64,000 bases of DNA. Origin: Halobacteriales archaeon QS_8_69_73. Its GTDB lineage: Archaea > Halobacteriota > Halobacteria > Halobacteriales > Haloarculaceae. Positions 1 through 10,146 of this stretch are shown piece by piece. The position numbers and the translations under genes were made by a program. The notes under the pieces are model-generated. The model did no database searches and was not told where the DNA came from. It was given only the letters and a program-made list of their open reading frames with translations. The stretch is from NCBI GenBank assembly GCA_003022945.1, contig PXRZ01000001.1, forward strand, positions 913 to 64,912, in the 5' to 3' direction. How positions within the stretch are numbered: position 1 is the first letter of the stretch; each line of letters opens with the position of its first letter.

Positions 1-316
1 CGATCTCGAGGCCGGCCCGGGCCAGCGCCCGGATAGTCGCCTGCGCGCCCGGCCCGGGGTTGCTCTGTTGATTGCCGCCCGGGCCGCGGACCCGGACGTG
101 GACGCCCTCGATGCCGGCGTCCTGAACCTCCTCGGCGACCACTTCGGCCATCTGCATGGCGGCGTACGGCGACGCCTCGTCGCGGTTCTGCTTCACGACC
201 GTCCCGCCGGAGGACTTGGTGATCGTCTCGGCGCCGGTCAGGTCCGTTACCGTGATGATCGTGTTGTTGAACGAGGCATACACGTGCGCGATGCCCCAGA
301 TCTTGTCATCTGCCAT
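1..316 (-). CDS. rps11: 30S ribosomal protein S11 (3' end runs off the window)
   Basis: Manual translation from the ATG at 316 gives [31 protein letters not shown]...[11 protein letters not shown]...[18 protein letters not shown]. Follows rps13-rps4. Confidence 0.96.
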   Translation of the reverse strand, partial: MADDKIWGIAHVYASFNNTIITVTDLTGAETITKSSGGTVVKQNRDEASPYAAMQMAEVVAEEVQDAGIEGVHVRVRGPGGNQQSNPGPGAQATIRALARAGLEI

Positions 317-317
317 G

Positions 318-748
318 TTATTGGTCCTCCGCGCGCTCGGGGTGAAGGTCGTCGTCGAGCGGGCTGGTGTCGTCGAACTCGATGCGGTCGGCCTCGGCGA
401 CGCCGATCTTGTACGACGGCGAGGTGACGCGGGCGTCACCGACGGTGACGTGACCGTGGACGATGAACTGCCGGGCCTGCTCGGCCGTGTTGGCCAGCCC
501 CTGCCGATAGGCGACCGTCTGCAGGCGGCGCTCGAGGATGTCGGTGACGTCCAGCGACAGGACGTCGTCCAGCGTCTCCTCGTCGTCGAGGACGCCGATG
601 CGCTTCAGGCGGGCCATGAACTCGCTGCCGGCCTCGCCGGCGGCCTCGGCGCGTACCGGGAGACGAGGTCAGCTTCCGCGGCGATGCGCTCGCCCTGGAA
701 GGGGTGGTTCGGCGTCTCGTAGAACTTCGTGTTGGTGCCGAGCGCCAT
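318..748 (-). CDS. rps4: 30S ribosomal protein S4, broken by an internal deletion/frameshift near 651 (probable assembly artefact)
   Basis: N-terminus [32 protein letters not shown] starts at 748. The C-terminal part ...[29 protein letters not shown]... (318-617) is in another frame. The conserved GLKNKEELWR segment is absent. Confidence 0.92.
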
Positions 749-1260
749 TACTCCTCGTCACCTCCGTCCTCTTCCATGTCCTCCTTGATGGCCTCGACGT
801 TGACGCCGATGGTGCCCTCGGTCCGGCCCGTGGACTTGGTCCGCTGGCCGCGGACCTTCTGGCCGCGCTTGTGGCGGACGCCCTTGTAGGAGTCGATCAT
901 CTTCATCCGGTTGATGTCCTGCCGGCGGGTCATCTCGAGGTCGTTGCCGACCTCGTGGGTGGTCTCGCCGTCGAAGAAGTCGTTCTGGTGGTTGGTGAGC
1001 CACCCGGGGACCTCCTCGGCGTACCCCTCCACGAGGTCGACGATCTCGTCGATGGTCTCCTCGTCGAGCCCGCCGAGCAGCTTCCGGCGGTCGACGCCGG
1101 CCCTGTCGGCGATGATGCGAGCGACGCGCCGACCGACACCGCTCATGTCGGTCAGCGCCCGCTCGACGCTCTGCGTCCCGTCGAGGTCGGTCTGTCCGAT
1201 ACGGACGAAGTACTGGATGTCTTCGTCTTCCTCGTCCGCCGTGGGTTCTTCTGCGCTCAT
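748..1260 (-). CDS. rps13: 30S ribosomal protein S13
   Basis: Motifs YFVRIGQTDLDG and SYKGVRHKRGQKVRGQRTKSTGR; operon context. Confidence 0.97.
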   Translation of the reverse strand: MSAEEPTADEEDEDIQYFVRIGQTDLDGTQSVERALTDMSGVGRRVARIIADRAGVDRRKLLGGLDEETIDEIVDLVEGYAEEVPGWLTNHQNDFFDGETTHEVGNDLEMTRRQDINRMKMIDSYKGVRHKRGQKVRGQRTKSTGRTEGTIGVNVEAIKEDMEEDGGDEE

Positions 1261-1274
1261 GTGTGGTTGGTTAG

Positions 1275-1358
1275 CGTCGTGGCGGGGATTCGAACCCCGG
1301 AGGCTTGCGCCACAGAGTTAGCAACCCTGCGCCTTGGGCCAAGCTTGGCTACCACGAC
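1275..1358 (-). tRNA. tRNA-Ser (GCT)
   Basis: Reverse complement GTCGTGGTAGCCAAGCTTGGCCCAAGGCGCAGGGTTGCTAACTCTGTGGCGCAAGCCTCCGGGGTTCGAATCCCCGCCACGACG has an acceptor stem, GCT anticodon, long variable arm and TTCGAAT T-loop. CCA is not encoded. Confidence 0.96.
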
Positions 1359-1483
1359 CTGCGTGCGTGTATCCTCGCCCTCACGGAGCGTGTTCCGTGC
1401 GTTCCCGAACTCGCGTCCGGGCCTCTCGGACTCGGGGCCGAAGGCCCCTGCATCGATTGCGTCCACGAATACCCTACGACCGC

Positions 1484-1491
1484 ACTTAAGC
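1484..1491 (-). promoter_or_regulatory. Putative TATA box of the tRNA-Ser/rps13 operon
   Basis: The only TTAAG-type AT-rich box upstream of the tRNA (minus strand gcttaagt). Confidence 0.45.
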
Positions 1492-1550
1492 ACAACGATA
1501 CGCCGGCCGACGGCGGCCTCGCGCCGTGCGAGCGACGGTCATGCGGGTGC

Positions 1551-1706
1551 TTACTCGGCGACGGGTTCCCCGCTCTCGAACCACGCCCGGATGCGGTCCG
1601 AGAAGACGACCGCGACCAGTCCCAGGAGGAAAGAGAGCATGCTCGGGACGACGACCCACCAGACGTTCGGATGCTCGATACCGGTGTGCAGCAGCGTCTC
1701 GACCAT
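1551..1706 (-). CDS. Small single-pass membrane protein
   Basis: MVETLLHTGIEHPNVWWVVVPSMLSFLLGLVAVVFSDRIRAW contains one hydrophobic helix. Confidence 0.65.
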   Translation of the reverse strand: MVETLLHTGIEHPNVWWVVVPSMLSFLLGLVAVVFSDRIRAWFESGEPVAE

Positions 1707-1753
1707 ATGCACAGTCGGGAGATGGGGACACAAGGAGCTACCGGTCGCCGCCG

Positions 1754-1987
1754 TCAGTCCCGGTCCGGCAGCCCGCCGCGTTCCGTGACCCGGAGGATGG
1801 TCCGGACGTTGCGGTGGATCTTCGCGGGCGTAGTCTCCTCCTCGGGGTCGTAGAGGTCCGAGACCCGGTACAGCATCGCGGCGATCTGCTCGCTCTCGGA
1901 GCTCTCGCCGCGGACGTCGTCGGCGACGGCCCGCAGCAGGGCGGCCCGCTCGGGGTCGGGCTCGAACTCGTCGTCTCCGCTCGTCAT
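1754..1987 (-). CDS. Small acidic hypothetical protein downstream of mrp
   Basis: MTSGDDEFEPDPERAALLRAVADDVRGESSESEQIAAMLYRVSDLYD; starts 2 nt after the mrp stop. Confidence 0.75.
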   Translation of the reverse strand: MTSGDDEFEPDPERAALLRAVADDVRGESSESEQIAAMLYRVSDLYDPEEETTPAKIHRNVRTILRVTERGGLPDRD

Positions 1988-1989
1988 CG

Positions 1990-3030
1990 TCACCGTCCGC
2001 TGACCTGCCGCCGCCGGACGATCCCCTGCATGTTCGCGGTCTCGTCGGCGAACTCCCGGAATGCGGCGCCGGCCTCCCGGTTGTCGTCGAGGACGACCGG
2101 GGCGCCGCCGTCGCCGCCCTCCCGGACCGCCGGGTCCAGCGGGATCTCGCCCAGGAACGGCATGTCGTTGGCCGCGGCGAACTCGCGGCCGCCCCCGCTG
2201 TCGAAGATGTCGTGTTCGCCGCTGCAGTCCGGGCAGACGAACCCCGACATGTTCTCGACGATGCCGAGCACGGGCGTGTCGTGCTTGCCGAACATCCGCA
2301 GGCCCTTCCGGGCGTCGTCGACGGCCACCTCCTGTGGCGTCGTGACGATGACCGCCCCCGACACTGGGACGGACTGCAGCAGCGTCAGCTGCGTGTCGCC
2401 GGTCCCCGGCGGCAGGTCGACCACCATGTAGTCGAGACGCCCCCATTCGACGTCCTCCCACAGCTGGGTCAGCACCTTGTGGACCATCGGACCCCGCCAG
2501 ATGACGGGGTCGTCCTCGCCGACGAGGAAGTCCATGCTCATCAGCTTCACCCCGTACTTCTCCGGCGGGACGATGTTCTCTTCGTGGGTCGCCTTCGGCC
2601 GCTCGTCGGCATCGACCATCCGGGGGACGTTCGGACCGTAGATGTCGGCGTCGAACAGCCCGACGCGGGCGCCTATCTCCGAGAGTCCGGCCGCGAGGTT
2701 CACCGCGACCGTCGACTTGCCGACGCCGCCCTTGCCGGAGGCGACGGCGACGATGTTCTCGACGCCCGGCAGTACCTGCTCGCCGTCGTTGAGGCCGGTG
2801 TCGACGCTGGCGGTCAACTCGAGGTCCCGGTCCAGCCCCGACAGCGCCTCCCGGACCTCGCCGGCCATCGCCGTCTCCGTCGGCGAGTACGGTGCCCCGA
2901 GCGCGAGGTCGACCGTCACCGCCTCGGCGTCGGCGACCACCTCGTTCACCAGCCCCAGCGAGACGATGTCGTCGCCGAGGTCCGGGTCCTCGACCGCCGA
3001 CAGCCGGTCGCGTATCGCGCCTTCGTCCAT
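1990..3030 (-). CDS. mrp: Mrp/NBP35 Fe-S cluster carrier ATPase
   Basis: N-terminal DUF59-like [15 protein letters not shown]; Walker [12 protein letters not shown]; [16 protein letters not shown] and CPDC motifs. Confidence 0.94.
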   Translation of the reverse strand: MDEGAIRDRLSAVEDPDLGDDIVSLGLVNEVVADAEAVTVDLALGAPYSPTETAMAGEVREALSGLDRDLELTASVDTGLNDGEQVLPGVENIVAVASGKGGVGKSTVAVNLAAGLSEIGARVGLFDADIYGPNVPRMVDADERPKATHEENIVPPEKYGVKLMSMDFLVGEDDPVIWRGPMVHKVLTQLWEDVEWGRLDYMVVDLPPGTGDTQLTLLQSVPVSGAVIVTTPQEVAVDDARKGLRMFGKHDTPVLGIVENMSGFVCPDCSGEHDIFDSGGGREFAAANDMPFLGEIPLDPAVREGGDGGAPVVLDDNREAGAAFREFADETANMQGIVRRRQVSGR

Positions 3031-3163
3031 ACATACGGTAGGCGACGAGCCGACGATAAGGGTTGTGAACGACCCCCCGGCCCCGGCGGATGTAACCACT
3101 GAGGGTTACGAACAGGCGTATTTCTCCACCGATTTTAACAATACGAGAGCGTATCTTCGGAGT

Positions 3164-4147
3164 ATGCTCGAAGACGCGTTCGATCGGGAAGTCACCGGCG
3201 TCCGGGTTTCGCTCACCGACCGGTGTAACTTCGACTGCGTCTACTGCCACAACGAGGGGCTCGGCGACACCCGCGGCCCGATGGACCCGGCCGACGACGA
3301 GATGTCGACCGACGACGTCGTCCGCTTCTTAGAGGTCGCCGCCGAGTTCGACGTCGACGCGGTGAAGTTCACCGGCGGCGAGCCGATGCTCCGGCAGGAC
3401 CTCGAGGAGATCGTCCGCCGGACCCCCGACGGGATGGAGACGTCGCTGACCACCAACGGCACCTTCCTCCCCGAGCGCGCGGCGGCGCTCGTCGACGCCG
3501 GCCTCGAACGCGTCAACGTCTCCCAGGACGCCCTCTCGCCGGAGGCCTTCCGGGAGGTCACCAAGAGCGCCGCCTACGATGACGTGATGGCGGGCGTCGA
3601 CGCCGCCCTCGAGGCCGGCCTCGACCCGGTGAAGCTCAACATGGTCGTCTTCGAGCAGACCGCCGGCTACGTCCCCGAGATGGTCGACCACGTCGCCGCG
3701 AACGAGGGCCTCCAGCTCCAGCTCATCGAGTACATGCCCGAGCTGGCCGGCCGCCCCGAGTGGGCCGTCGACATCGACCGCGTCCACGGCTGGCTCGCCG
3801 AGCAGGCCGACCGGATCGAACACCGCGAGATGCACGACCGCAACCGCTATTGGGTCAGTCCCGACGACGCCGACGCGACGGCGACCGGAATGGTCGAGAT
3901 CGTCGACCCCGTCGAGAACCCCACCTTCTGCGCCAACTGCCATCGCGTGCGCGTCACCCACGAGGGCTACCTCAAGGGCTGTCTCAACCGCAACGACGAC
4001 CTCCGGAGCATGGGCGAGATGACCAAACCCGAGATCCGCGAGACGTTCCGCGAGACCGTCGCTACCCGCGTGCCGTACTACGGTGAGTACATGACCCGCG
4101 ACGACGACGGCGAGTGGACGTTCAACGAGGAATACATCGAGGTGTAG
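3164..4147 (+). CDS. moaA: GTP 3',8-cyclase (radical SAM; molybdenum cofactor synthesis)
   Basis: [25 protein letters not shown] and the C-terminal FCANCHRVR...LKGCL cluster. Confidence 0.95.
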   Translation: MLEDAFDREVTGVRVSLTDRCNFDCVYCHNEGLGDTRGPMDPADDEMSTDDVVRFLEVAAEFDVDAVKFTGGEPMLRQDLEEIVRRTPDGMETSLTTNGTFLPERAAALVDAGLERVNVSQDALSPEAFREVTKSAAYDDVMAGVDAALEAGLDPVKLNMVVFEQTAGYVPEMVDHVAANEGLQLQLIEYMPELAGRPEWAVDIDRVHGWLAEQADRIEHREMHDRNRYWVSPDDADATATGMVEIVDPVENPTFCANCHRVRVTHEGYLKGCLNRNDDLRSMGEMTKPEIRETFRETVATRVPYYGEYMTRDDDGEWTFNEEYIEV

Positions 4148-4352
4148 CGGACAGGGCGGTCCCCGGTCCGGGTCAGGTCGCCGTCCAGGCCGGCCAAGCC
4201 GCCGATGCGGCCCGCGACGGCGACTGACCATCGACGCCCGGCGTTCGGTCCACGGGTCGGCCATCTCGCAGTGCGAAGCCGACTGCCGCCGAGTCACCTG
4301 TCAGAAGGGCTCTCACGAGACGAAGTCATCACTAGTATTGTCTCGCCGCCGG

Positions 4353-5516
4353 TCACCACGTGGCAGTGATACTCGAGACGTTCGGGTGGTACGTCGTACT
4401 GTACTGGCCGCTGTCCTCGGCGAAAGCTTCCTGGAGCGCCGCTTCCTCCGGAGCGGTCCCGTCGACGCTCGATACGACCGCCTGGACGGTTCCCGCGGCC
4501 TCCGAGACGTCCATTGCATGCATCAATGTGTCGTATGACTCGATCGCGTCGATCTGGCGGTTTTCGTGAGGGTTCCCGTCGAATCTGGGCGTCCCGCCGT
4601 TGACCTCGCCCGTGACCACCGGCGCGTCCATCAGTTCGTCGAGACACCACCGCACGGACTCCAGCTCACTAGCTGGAGCAACTCGGTCACGCCTCTGGAG
4701 CCGCCTCGTGACTGACGAATACTGCGATGCAGGGGCGTTCTCCGCCATATATGCGACGACACCGCGGTCGAACTGGTCGGTCACCCAGATTACCCGATTA
4801 GATTCTTTATCTGGGTCCTCTGGGAATGCTGCAAGATACACGTCGATATTCTCCGAATCAACATCGGCACCGGTCTCCTCAACAGCGACATTATTTTCCA
4901 GCGCGTCTCGAACTGCGTCGGCATCGATGCCAATGAAGTATATTGTTGCCGGGTCGTACGAGAGCATCACCTCGTCGATCTCCGGAGCTGCCTCCGCCTC
5001 GTTAGTACCGGTCGATGAGCCGAGCTGGGCCCGCAGCGTGTCGTTCAGGTTCTCGAAGTTTCGCATCTGACTGTCCACCGCTCCTACCGTAAAGAGGACG
5101 TTGTAAACGGGCGTTTTGAGGAGATCAGCACTCGGGGCTCGGTTGAAGTTCCCGTCGACGGCGAGGAACGACCAGTCTTCGTCGGCCGTCGGCCCGAACT
5201 TCGGCACCGTTCGCCGCATCTGTAAATACCACTCCCAGTCGATTCTGGTGAACACCGCGTTCTCCGAAGTGAACTCGCTCGTCTTCCTCGTCCCCCGAAG
5301 GTGCGGCTCCGGGAGAAGGTTCATATATAGAGGTACTTCGGCGCCACGCGGCTCGTCTCTTGGCGTCGGCGTCGGCGTGTTCGTCGGCGTATCCGTTTTA
5401 GTCTGCGTGGGTGTGCCCGTTCGAGAGCCGTCGCTTCGCGCTCCGAGGTCGCTACAGCCGGCCAGCCCTCCGGTGAGCGTGGCTGCAATAGTCTGGAGAT
5501 ACCATCGTCGTCTCAT
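4353..5516 (-). CDS. Predicted Tat lipoprotein of unknown function, lower GC
   Basis: MRRRWYL...GGLAGC (twin-Arg plus lipobox) followed by a Thr/Pro linker; many A/T-ending codons. Confidence 0.8.
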   Translation of the reverse strand: MRRRWYLQTIAATLTGGLAGCSDLGARSDGSRTGTPTQTKTDTPTNTPTPTPRDEPRGAEVPLYMNLLPEPHLRGTRKTSEFTSENAVFTRIDWEWYLQMRRTVPKFGPTADEDWSFLAVDGNFNRAPSADLLKTPVYNVLFTVGAVDSQMRNFENLNDTLRAQLGSSTGTNEAEAAPEIDEVMLSYDPATIYFIGIDADAVRDALENNVAVEETGADVDSENIDVYLAAFPEDPDKESNRVIWVTDQFDRGVVAYMAENAPASQYSSVTRRLQRRDRVAPASELESVRWCLDELMDAPVVTGEVNGGTPRFDGNPHENRQIDAIESYDTLMHAMDVSEAAGTVQAVVSSVDGTAPEEAALQEAFAEDSGQYSTTYHPNVSSITATW

Positions 5517-5645
5517 GTTTTCGTATTCATACTCATATCTGTAATAAATATGTGGACCGTCCCGGTCTCAAGTCTCAGCTCACGCCTCAGCAATCGCAGA
5601 GGCCTTTATCAAAGTACCTGTATTTTCCAAGGGTATTAGCCGAAA

Positions 5646-6570
5646 TCAGAAAGCGATTCGGCCCGCGTTGCCGTTGCCGCTCATATCAGTATAGCCGTCA
5701 GTACTACTGCTGTCGCTGAAAGAGGAATCGCTGCTGTCGGTAGAATCGCTGTCTCCGCTGTCGAAGGCACCATCTTGACCAAGATTATCAGACCCCTTGT
5801 CGACACCGACATCTCCATCCTCAACATTACTCGAGGGAGCACACTTTGAGCCCTTGCAAGCACGCGAGTATCCACCAGCAATCGTCTCATCATTCCGTGC
5901 TGTCTGGTCGCCGACGCAGGCGTGCCCACTTTGAGCAATTTGAGATGACCAGCTGCAGTCAATGTCGCTAGTTTTAGCGGTTCCAGTGGGTTCGGCAGCT
6001 TCGTTTACCTCGCCGCTGCTCGGTCGCGGTTCCCGATCTATCCGTGGCTCGACGATGAGCGTGTCGCGGTCGGACCGACCGGTGGTGTCCTCCGCGACGA
6101 CCGCGAGGCGGTACGGCCCCGACCCAGAGAACCGGAACCTGCGTTCGGTTGCGCTCGACCGCCCGGATATCGTCTCGCGGTCGACGGTCCGTCCGTCGAT
6201 ACGCCAGGTCAGCTCCTCCAACTCGGAGCCGTTGGCCTCGACGGTGGCCTCGTACGGCGCCCGTTCGCCCGCCTGGGGGTCGGTGTCGCCGTTCAACCGC
6301 ACGGTCGGTCCGAAATCCCTGACATAGACGTAGAGCGTGTCGGTGCTGGACCGTCCCTCCGAGTCAGTAACGACGACAGTCACGTTGTGGCGGCCGAACT
6401 CCGTCGGCCTGAAGCTGGTCCGACCGCAGTCGGCACACGCCGGCGTGGTCCGGGCCCCGGCGGGTGTCTCGATGGACCACTCGTAACCGTCGATGGTCCC
6501 GTCGGGGTGCGAAGAGCCGGTGCCGTCGAGTTGGACCGTCGTGTTGGCCCCGACCTCCTGTTCGAGACGC
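5646..6570 (-). CDS. PKD/Ig-like domain extracellular protein lacking its 5' end, with a Cys/Ser/Asp-rich low-GC C-terminus
   Basis: The frame of the 5646-6383 ORF extends upstream as LEQEVGANTTVQLDGTGSSHPDGTIDGYEWSIETP...HNVTVVVTD (PKD-like). There is no start codon or signal peptide before the stop of the upstream gene. Confidence 0.7.
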
Positions 6571-6605
6571 CGCCTCCCGGGTCGCGACTTGGACGTCCGG
6601 CGGCG

Positions 6606-7061
6606 TCAGGAGACGGGCCGTTCGAGCGGGCCGAGGTCCTCGAGCGCCCACCGGACGATGCGGGCCTCGACGAGGTCCCGCTTCTCGACGTTATCGTCGC
6701 CGGCCTCGTGGCGCTCCAGCACCGACGCCGCCTCCTCGCGCATCTCGGCTTCCAGCGGCGCCTGGTCGGGCTCCTCGCGGGTGGCGTTCAGCAGCGCCTC
6801 GAAGTCCTCCCGGAGGACGAACGATGCCCGGCCGGCGTTGCACCGCGACAGCGGGCTCATGCCGGTCTCGAGGACGAGCTCCCGGACGGTCGCCCAGTCG
6901 TCGGCACAGAAGTACAGCGACACCTCGCCCTCGACGTCCCGCCAGGCGATGGGGTCGGAGTGTTTCAGCAGCTGAATGGCCCGCGGCGGGATGTCGACCC
7001 GGTGGTCCGTCTCGGGCCGCCCGCAGAGACAGCAGGGCTTCTCGGTACGTCCGGTGTACAT
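6606..7061 (-). CDS. Conserved hypothetical protein (Cys-containing, possibly Zn-binding)
   Basis: MYTGRTEKPCCLCGRPET...YFCADDW...SRCNAGRAS; acidic, host-like codon usage. Confidence 0.8.
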   Translation of the reverse strand: MYTGRTEKPCCLCGRPETDHRVDIPPRAIQLLKHSDPIAWRDVEGEVSLYFCADDWATVRELVLETGMSPLSRCNAGRASFVLREDFEALLNATREEPDQAPLEAEMREEAASVLERHEAGDDNVEKRDLVEARIVRWALEDLGPLERPVS

Positions 7062-7171
7062 GCGTCGCCGTAGCTGCCGCGGGGGTTTGTGTGTGCAGAC
7101 TCCGGGGATTCCTGTCGGTTCTCGACGCCGGGACCCGAACGTTTTATCGGGCGGCTGACGGTACCGGAGGC

Positions 7172-8209
7172 ATGGACGCGGCCGAGCGGACCGACCTGGT
7201 CACGCGGTACACCGAGGAGGTCGTCACCGAAGCCGAGATCGAGTCGCTGTTCGAGGAGCGGGACGACCCCACGGTCTACATCGGCTACGCGCCGACCGGC
7301 GAGATGCACATCGGCCACTTCACGACCATCCGGAAGCTGGCGGACTTCGTCGAAGCCGGCCTCGACGTGACCGTCCTCGTGGCGGACCTCCACGCTCACC
7401 TCGACGACGAGAAGAGCCCCTTCGAGCTGCTGGACGCCCGGTCGGCGTATTATCAGGCCGCCATCGAGGCGATGATCGAGGCCGCCGGCAGCGACCCCGA
7501 GGCCGTCTCGTTCGTCCGCGGCACCGACTACCAGCTGGAGGAGCCGTACACGCTGGACCTCTACCGGATGCTGGCTGAGACGACGCTCTCCCGCGCCCGA
7601 CGCGCCGGCAGCGAGGTGGTCCGGCAGTCGGAGAACCCGAAGGTCGGCGGCCTCGTCTACACGCTGATGCAGTCGCTGGACGTGGCGGCCCTCGAGGCCG
7701 ACATCGCCTACGGCGGCATCGACCAGCGCGGCATCTACATGCTGGCCCGCGAGCAGCTGCCGGAGCAGGGCCACGACAAGCCCGCCTGCGTGTTCGCGCC
7801 GCTTCTGTCGGGGCTGTCCGGCGGCAAGATGTCCGCCTCCGAGGCCGGCTCGAAGATCAACCTCACCGACGACGACGAGACCGTCGCCGAGAAGATCGAG
7901 GGTGCCTACTGCCCGGCCGAGCAGGTCGAGGACAACGGCGTCCTGGAGTACCTCCGCTTTCTCGTGTTCCCGGTGCTGGCCGAGCGCGGCGAGTCGTTCC
8001 GCGTCGACCGCCCCGAGGAGTACGGCGGCGACCTCGTCTACGACGGCTACGACGCCCTGGAGGCGGACTTCCGCTCGGGCGAACTCCACCCGGCGGACCT
8101 CAAGCCGGCGGCCGCCGACGCCATCGCGGCGGTCGTCGCCCCCGTCCGCGAGCGGCTGCTCGAGGCTCCGGAGCTGCTCGAGGACGCCTACCCCGAACGG
8201 TACGCCTGA
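7172..8209 (+). CDS. tyrS: Tyrosine--tRNA ligase
   Basis: YIGYAPTGEMHIGH (HIGH motif), GGIDQR and GKMSAS (KMSKS-like motif). Confidence 0.96.
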   Translation: MDAAERTDLVTRYTEEVVTEAEIESLFEERDDPTVYIGYAPTGEMHIGHFTTIRKLADFVEAGLDVTVLVADLHAHLDDEKSPFELLDARSAYYQAAIEAMIEAAGSDPEAVSFVRGTDYQLEEPYTLDLYRMLAETTLSRARRAGSEVVRQSENPKVGGLVYTLMQSLDVAALEADIAYGGIDQRGIYMLAREQLPEQGHDKPACVFAPLLSGLSGGKMSASEAGSKINLTDDDETVAEKIEGAYCPAEQVEDNGVLEYLRFLVFPVLAERGESFRVDRPEEYGGDLVYDGYDALEADFRSGELHPADLKPAAADAIAAVVAPVRERLLEAPELLEDAYPERYA

Positions 8210-8377
8210 CGACATGCGACGGCCCGGCCACAGTTCCGGTCGAGCAGCCGGACGCCGAAACACGCCGTCGCGGCGGCCCCGGGAGACGACGCCGACCGCG
8301 TACAGCAACGACTCCCGGTCGAGAACGGGACCGCGTCGACCGTCCGTCGCGGCGCTACGAGGCCCTTCGGCCGCGGG

Positions 8378-8701
8378 TCAGGCGTCGAGCCACTCGTCGG
8401 CCCATGCCTCGATCTCGCCGAACACCGGACAGAGCGATTGCCCCTTCGGCGTCAGCGAGTAGTACGTCGCCACGGGGGCGGCCTCCTCGAGGCGTCGCTC
8501 GACGAAGCCGGTCTCCTCGAGGTCGTCGAGCACGCGCGACAGCGTCCGCGCATTGGCGTCCGTCGAGCGCTTCAGCTCGGTGAACCGCTGTTCGCCGTCC
8601 TGCAGGGCGTGCAACACCAGCAACCGCCACTCCGAGCCGAGCTGTTCGATCGACTCGACGATCGGACAGACGGACTCGGGCTCACGGGAGGCCTGCGCCA
8701 T
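8378..8701 (-). CDS. HxlR-family winged-helix regulator
   Basis: CPIVESIEQLGSEWRLLVL...RFTELKRS...RTLSRVLDDLEETGFVER...YSLTPKG. Confidence 0.9.
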   Translation of the reverse strand: MAQASREPESVCPIVESIEQLGSEWRLLVLHALQDGEQRFTELKRSTDANARTLSRVLDDLEETGFVERRLEEAAPVATYYSLTPKGQSLCPVFGEIEAWADEWLDA

Positions 8702-8753
8702 GCGCACGGTAAACGATGGACGGGTAAATATCCACGCAACGGCGGGTAACACC

Positions 8754-8772
8754 AGCGTCACCCGGTGACGCT
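8754..8772. promoter_or_regulatory. Perfect inverted repeat, candidate HxlR operator
   Basis: AGCGTCAC-CCG-GTGACGCT lies between the divergent hxlR-like and doxX-like genes. Confidence 0.5.
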
Positions 8773-8884
8773 CGTGTCCGGGAACTGATATAACCGCGGC
8801 GCGCCTACGGGCGGACGTGATGCTTCGAGACGCCACCGCCGACGGTACCGACGCCCGACCGCCCGCGACGACGCGGGGCCGGTG

Positions 8885-9298
8885 ATGCTGGAGACGACCG
8901 GCGCCGACATTGCCTTTCTGCTCTCGCGCGCCCTCTTCGGGGGTATCCTCGCGTTCATGGGGCTGAACCATTTCCTGAGCCGTGAGGAAATGGTCGGCTA
9001 CGCGTCGTTCAAGGGGCTGCCGGCGCCGACGGCCGCGGTGCTGTTCAGCGGCGGCCTGCTGGTCTTCGGCGGCCTCTCGGTCGCCGCCGGCGTCCTGCCG
9101 ACGGTCGGCGCCGGTGGCCTGACGGTCTTTCTGCTCGTCTCCGCGGTGACGATGCACGACTTCTGGAACGCCGACGGCGAGGAGTCCCAGACCGAGATGA
9201 CGCAGTTCCTGAAGAACGTGTGTCTCTCAGCCGGTGCGCTGCTGTTCCTGGCGCTTTCCGGGGCCTCGTGGCCGCTGGCGGTCGACATTGGCCTCTGA
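8885..9298 (+). CDS. DoxX-family membrane protein
   Basis: RALFGGILAFMGLNHF...MHDFW...QFLKN; four TM segments. Confidence 0.9.
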   Translation: MLETTGADIAFLLSRALFGGILAFMGLNHFLSREEMVGYASFKGLPAPTAAVLFSGGLLVFGGLSVAAGVLPTVGAGGLTVFLLVSAVTMHDFWNADGEESQTEMTQFLKNVCLSAGALLFLALSGASWPLAVDIGL

Positions 9299-9424
9299 CC
9301 CGCCGCGAGAACCGACCGACCGCCCAGTAACCAGCGGAACCACGCCGAGACCCCGTCTCGAAGCCTCTCTCGGGACGACGAACGAAGGGGTAGTTCTATT
9401 AGTCAGGACTCCTCACCCGGGCGT

Positions 9425-9667
9425 ATGCCGCACACCTGTCGCAACTGCAAACGGACGTTCTCGCGGAAACTCCAGTACGAACTCCACCGTGACACCTGCT
9501 CGGCCGAGGCGCTCATCTGCGAGGCCTGCGGCGAGCAGTTCTCCGAACGACGGGCGACGACGGACGGCTGGCACTACGCTTGCCCGACCGAGGACTGCGA
9601 CGGCGCCGGCCTCGGCGACGACCTCCACCAGGTACGGGAGTTCACCGTCGCCCCGCGGCCGAAGTGA
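9425..9667 (+). CDS. Small double zinc-finger protein
   Basis: CRNC...HRDTC and CEAC...CPTEDC motifs. Confidence 0.8.
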   Translation: MPHTCRNCKRTFSRKLQYELHRDTCSAEALICEACGEQFSERRATTDGWHYACPTEDCDGAGLGDDLHQVREFTVAPRPK

Positions 9668-9689
9668 CGACGGCTGCAGGCGCCGCCAC

Positions 9690-10094
9690 TTACCGCTCCG
9701 CCAGCCGCCGGAGGCGCCGGCAGGCCAGTCGACAGACCGGCGCGTAGCCCGCCGCCACGGGCGGCACCTCGAAGAACACCCGACAACCGTCCGTCTGCGG
9801 GTCGACGCCGTGGCCCGTCGCCGACAGTCCGGCGACCCGCCAGCGCCACCGCATCGCCCCGGCGTCGAACGTCTCGACCTCGAACGGCAGGCGGATTCCG
9901 AGACCGCCGACTCGGACGCGGCCGGTGGTGCCGGCCTCGATCCGCCGGGTCGGCGCGTCAATGGCCGCGACCGACGGCCCCCACTCCGGCCAGCGCTCCG
10001 TGTCGACGAGCAGGTCCCACACCCGCCCGGCCGGGGCGTCGACGTCGGCGCCGACGACCAGACGGCGGCCCACCTCCGTCCGTCGGAACTCCAT
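9690..10094 (-). CDS. SRPBCC/START-family protein
   Basis: ADVDAPAGRVWDLLVDTERWPEWGPSV. Confidence 0.85.
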   Translation of the reverse strand: MEFRRTEVGRRLVVGADVDAPAGRVWDLLVDTERWPEWGPSVAAIDAPTRRIEAGTTGRVRVGGLGIRLPFEVETFDAGAMRWRWRVAGLSATGHGVDPQTDGCRVFFEVPPVAAGYAPVCRLACRRLRRLAER

Positions 10095-10146
10095 GTGACT
10101 CGATACGGCGCGCGGCTTTTTGTCGTTCCCGGCCGACCGGACGACC

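Noticed and set aside
318-748. Programmed frameshifting or splicing in rps4 and other split genes
   Set aside because: Conserved coding sequence is missing at the junctions rather than interrupted, so recoding or intron removal cannot restore it.
1275-1358. tRNA-Ser as an integration site for a provirus or island
   Set aside because: No integrase and no duplicated tRNA 3' end were seen in the window.
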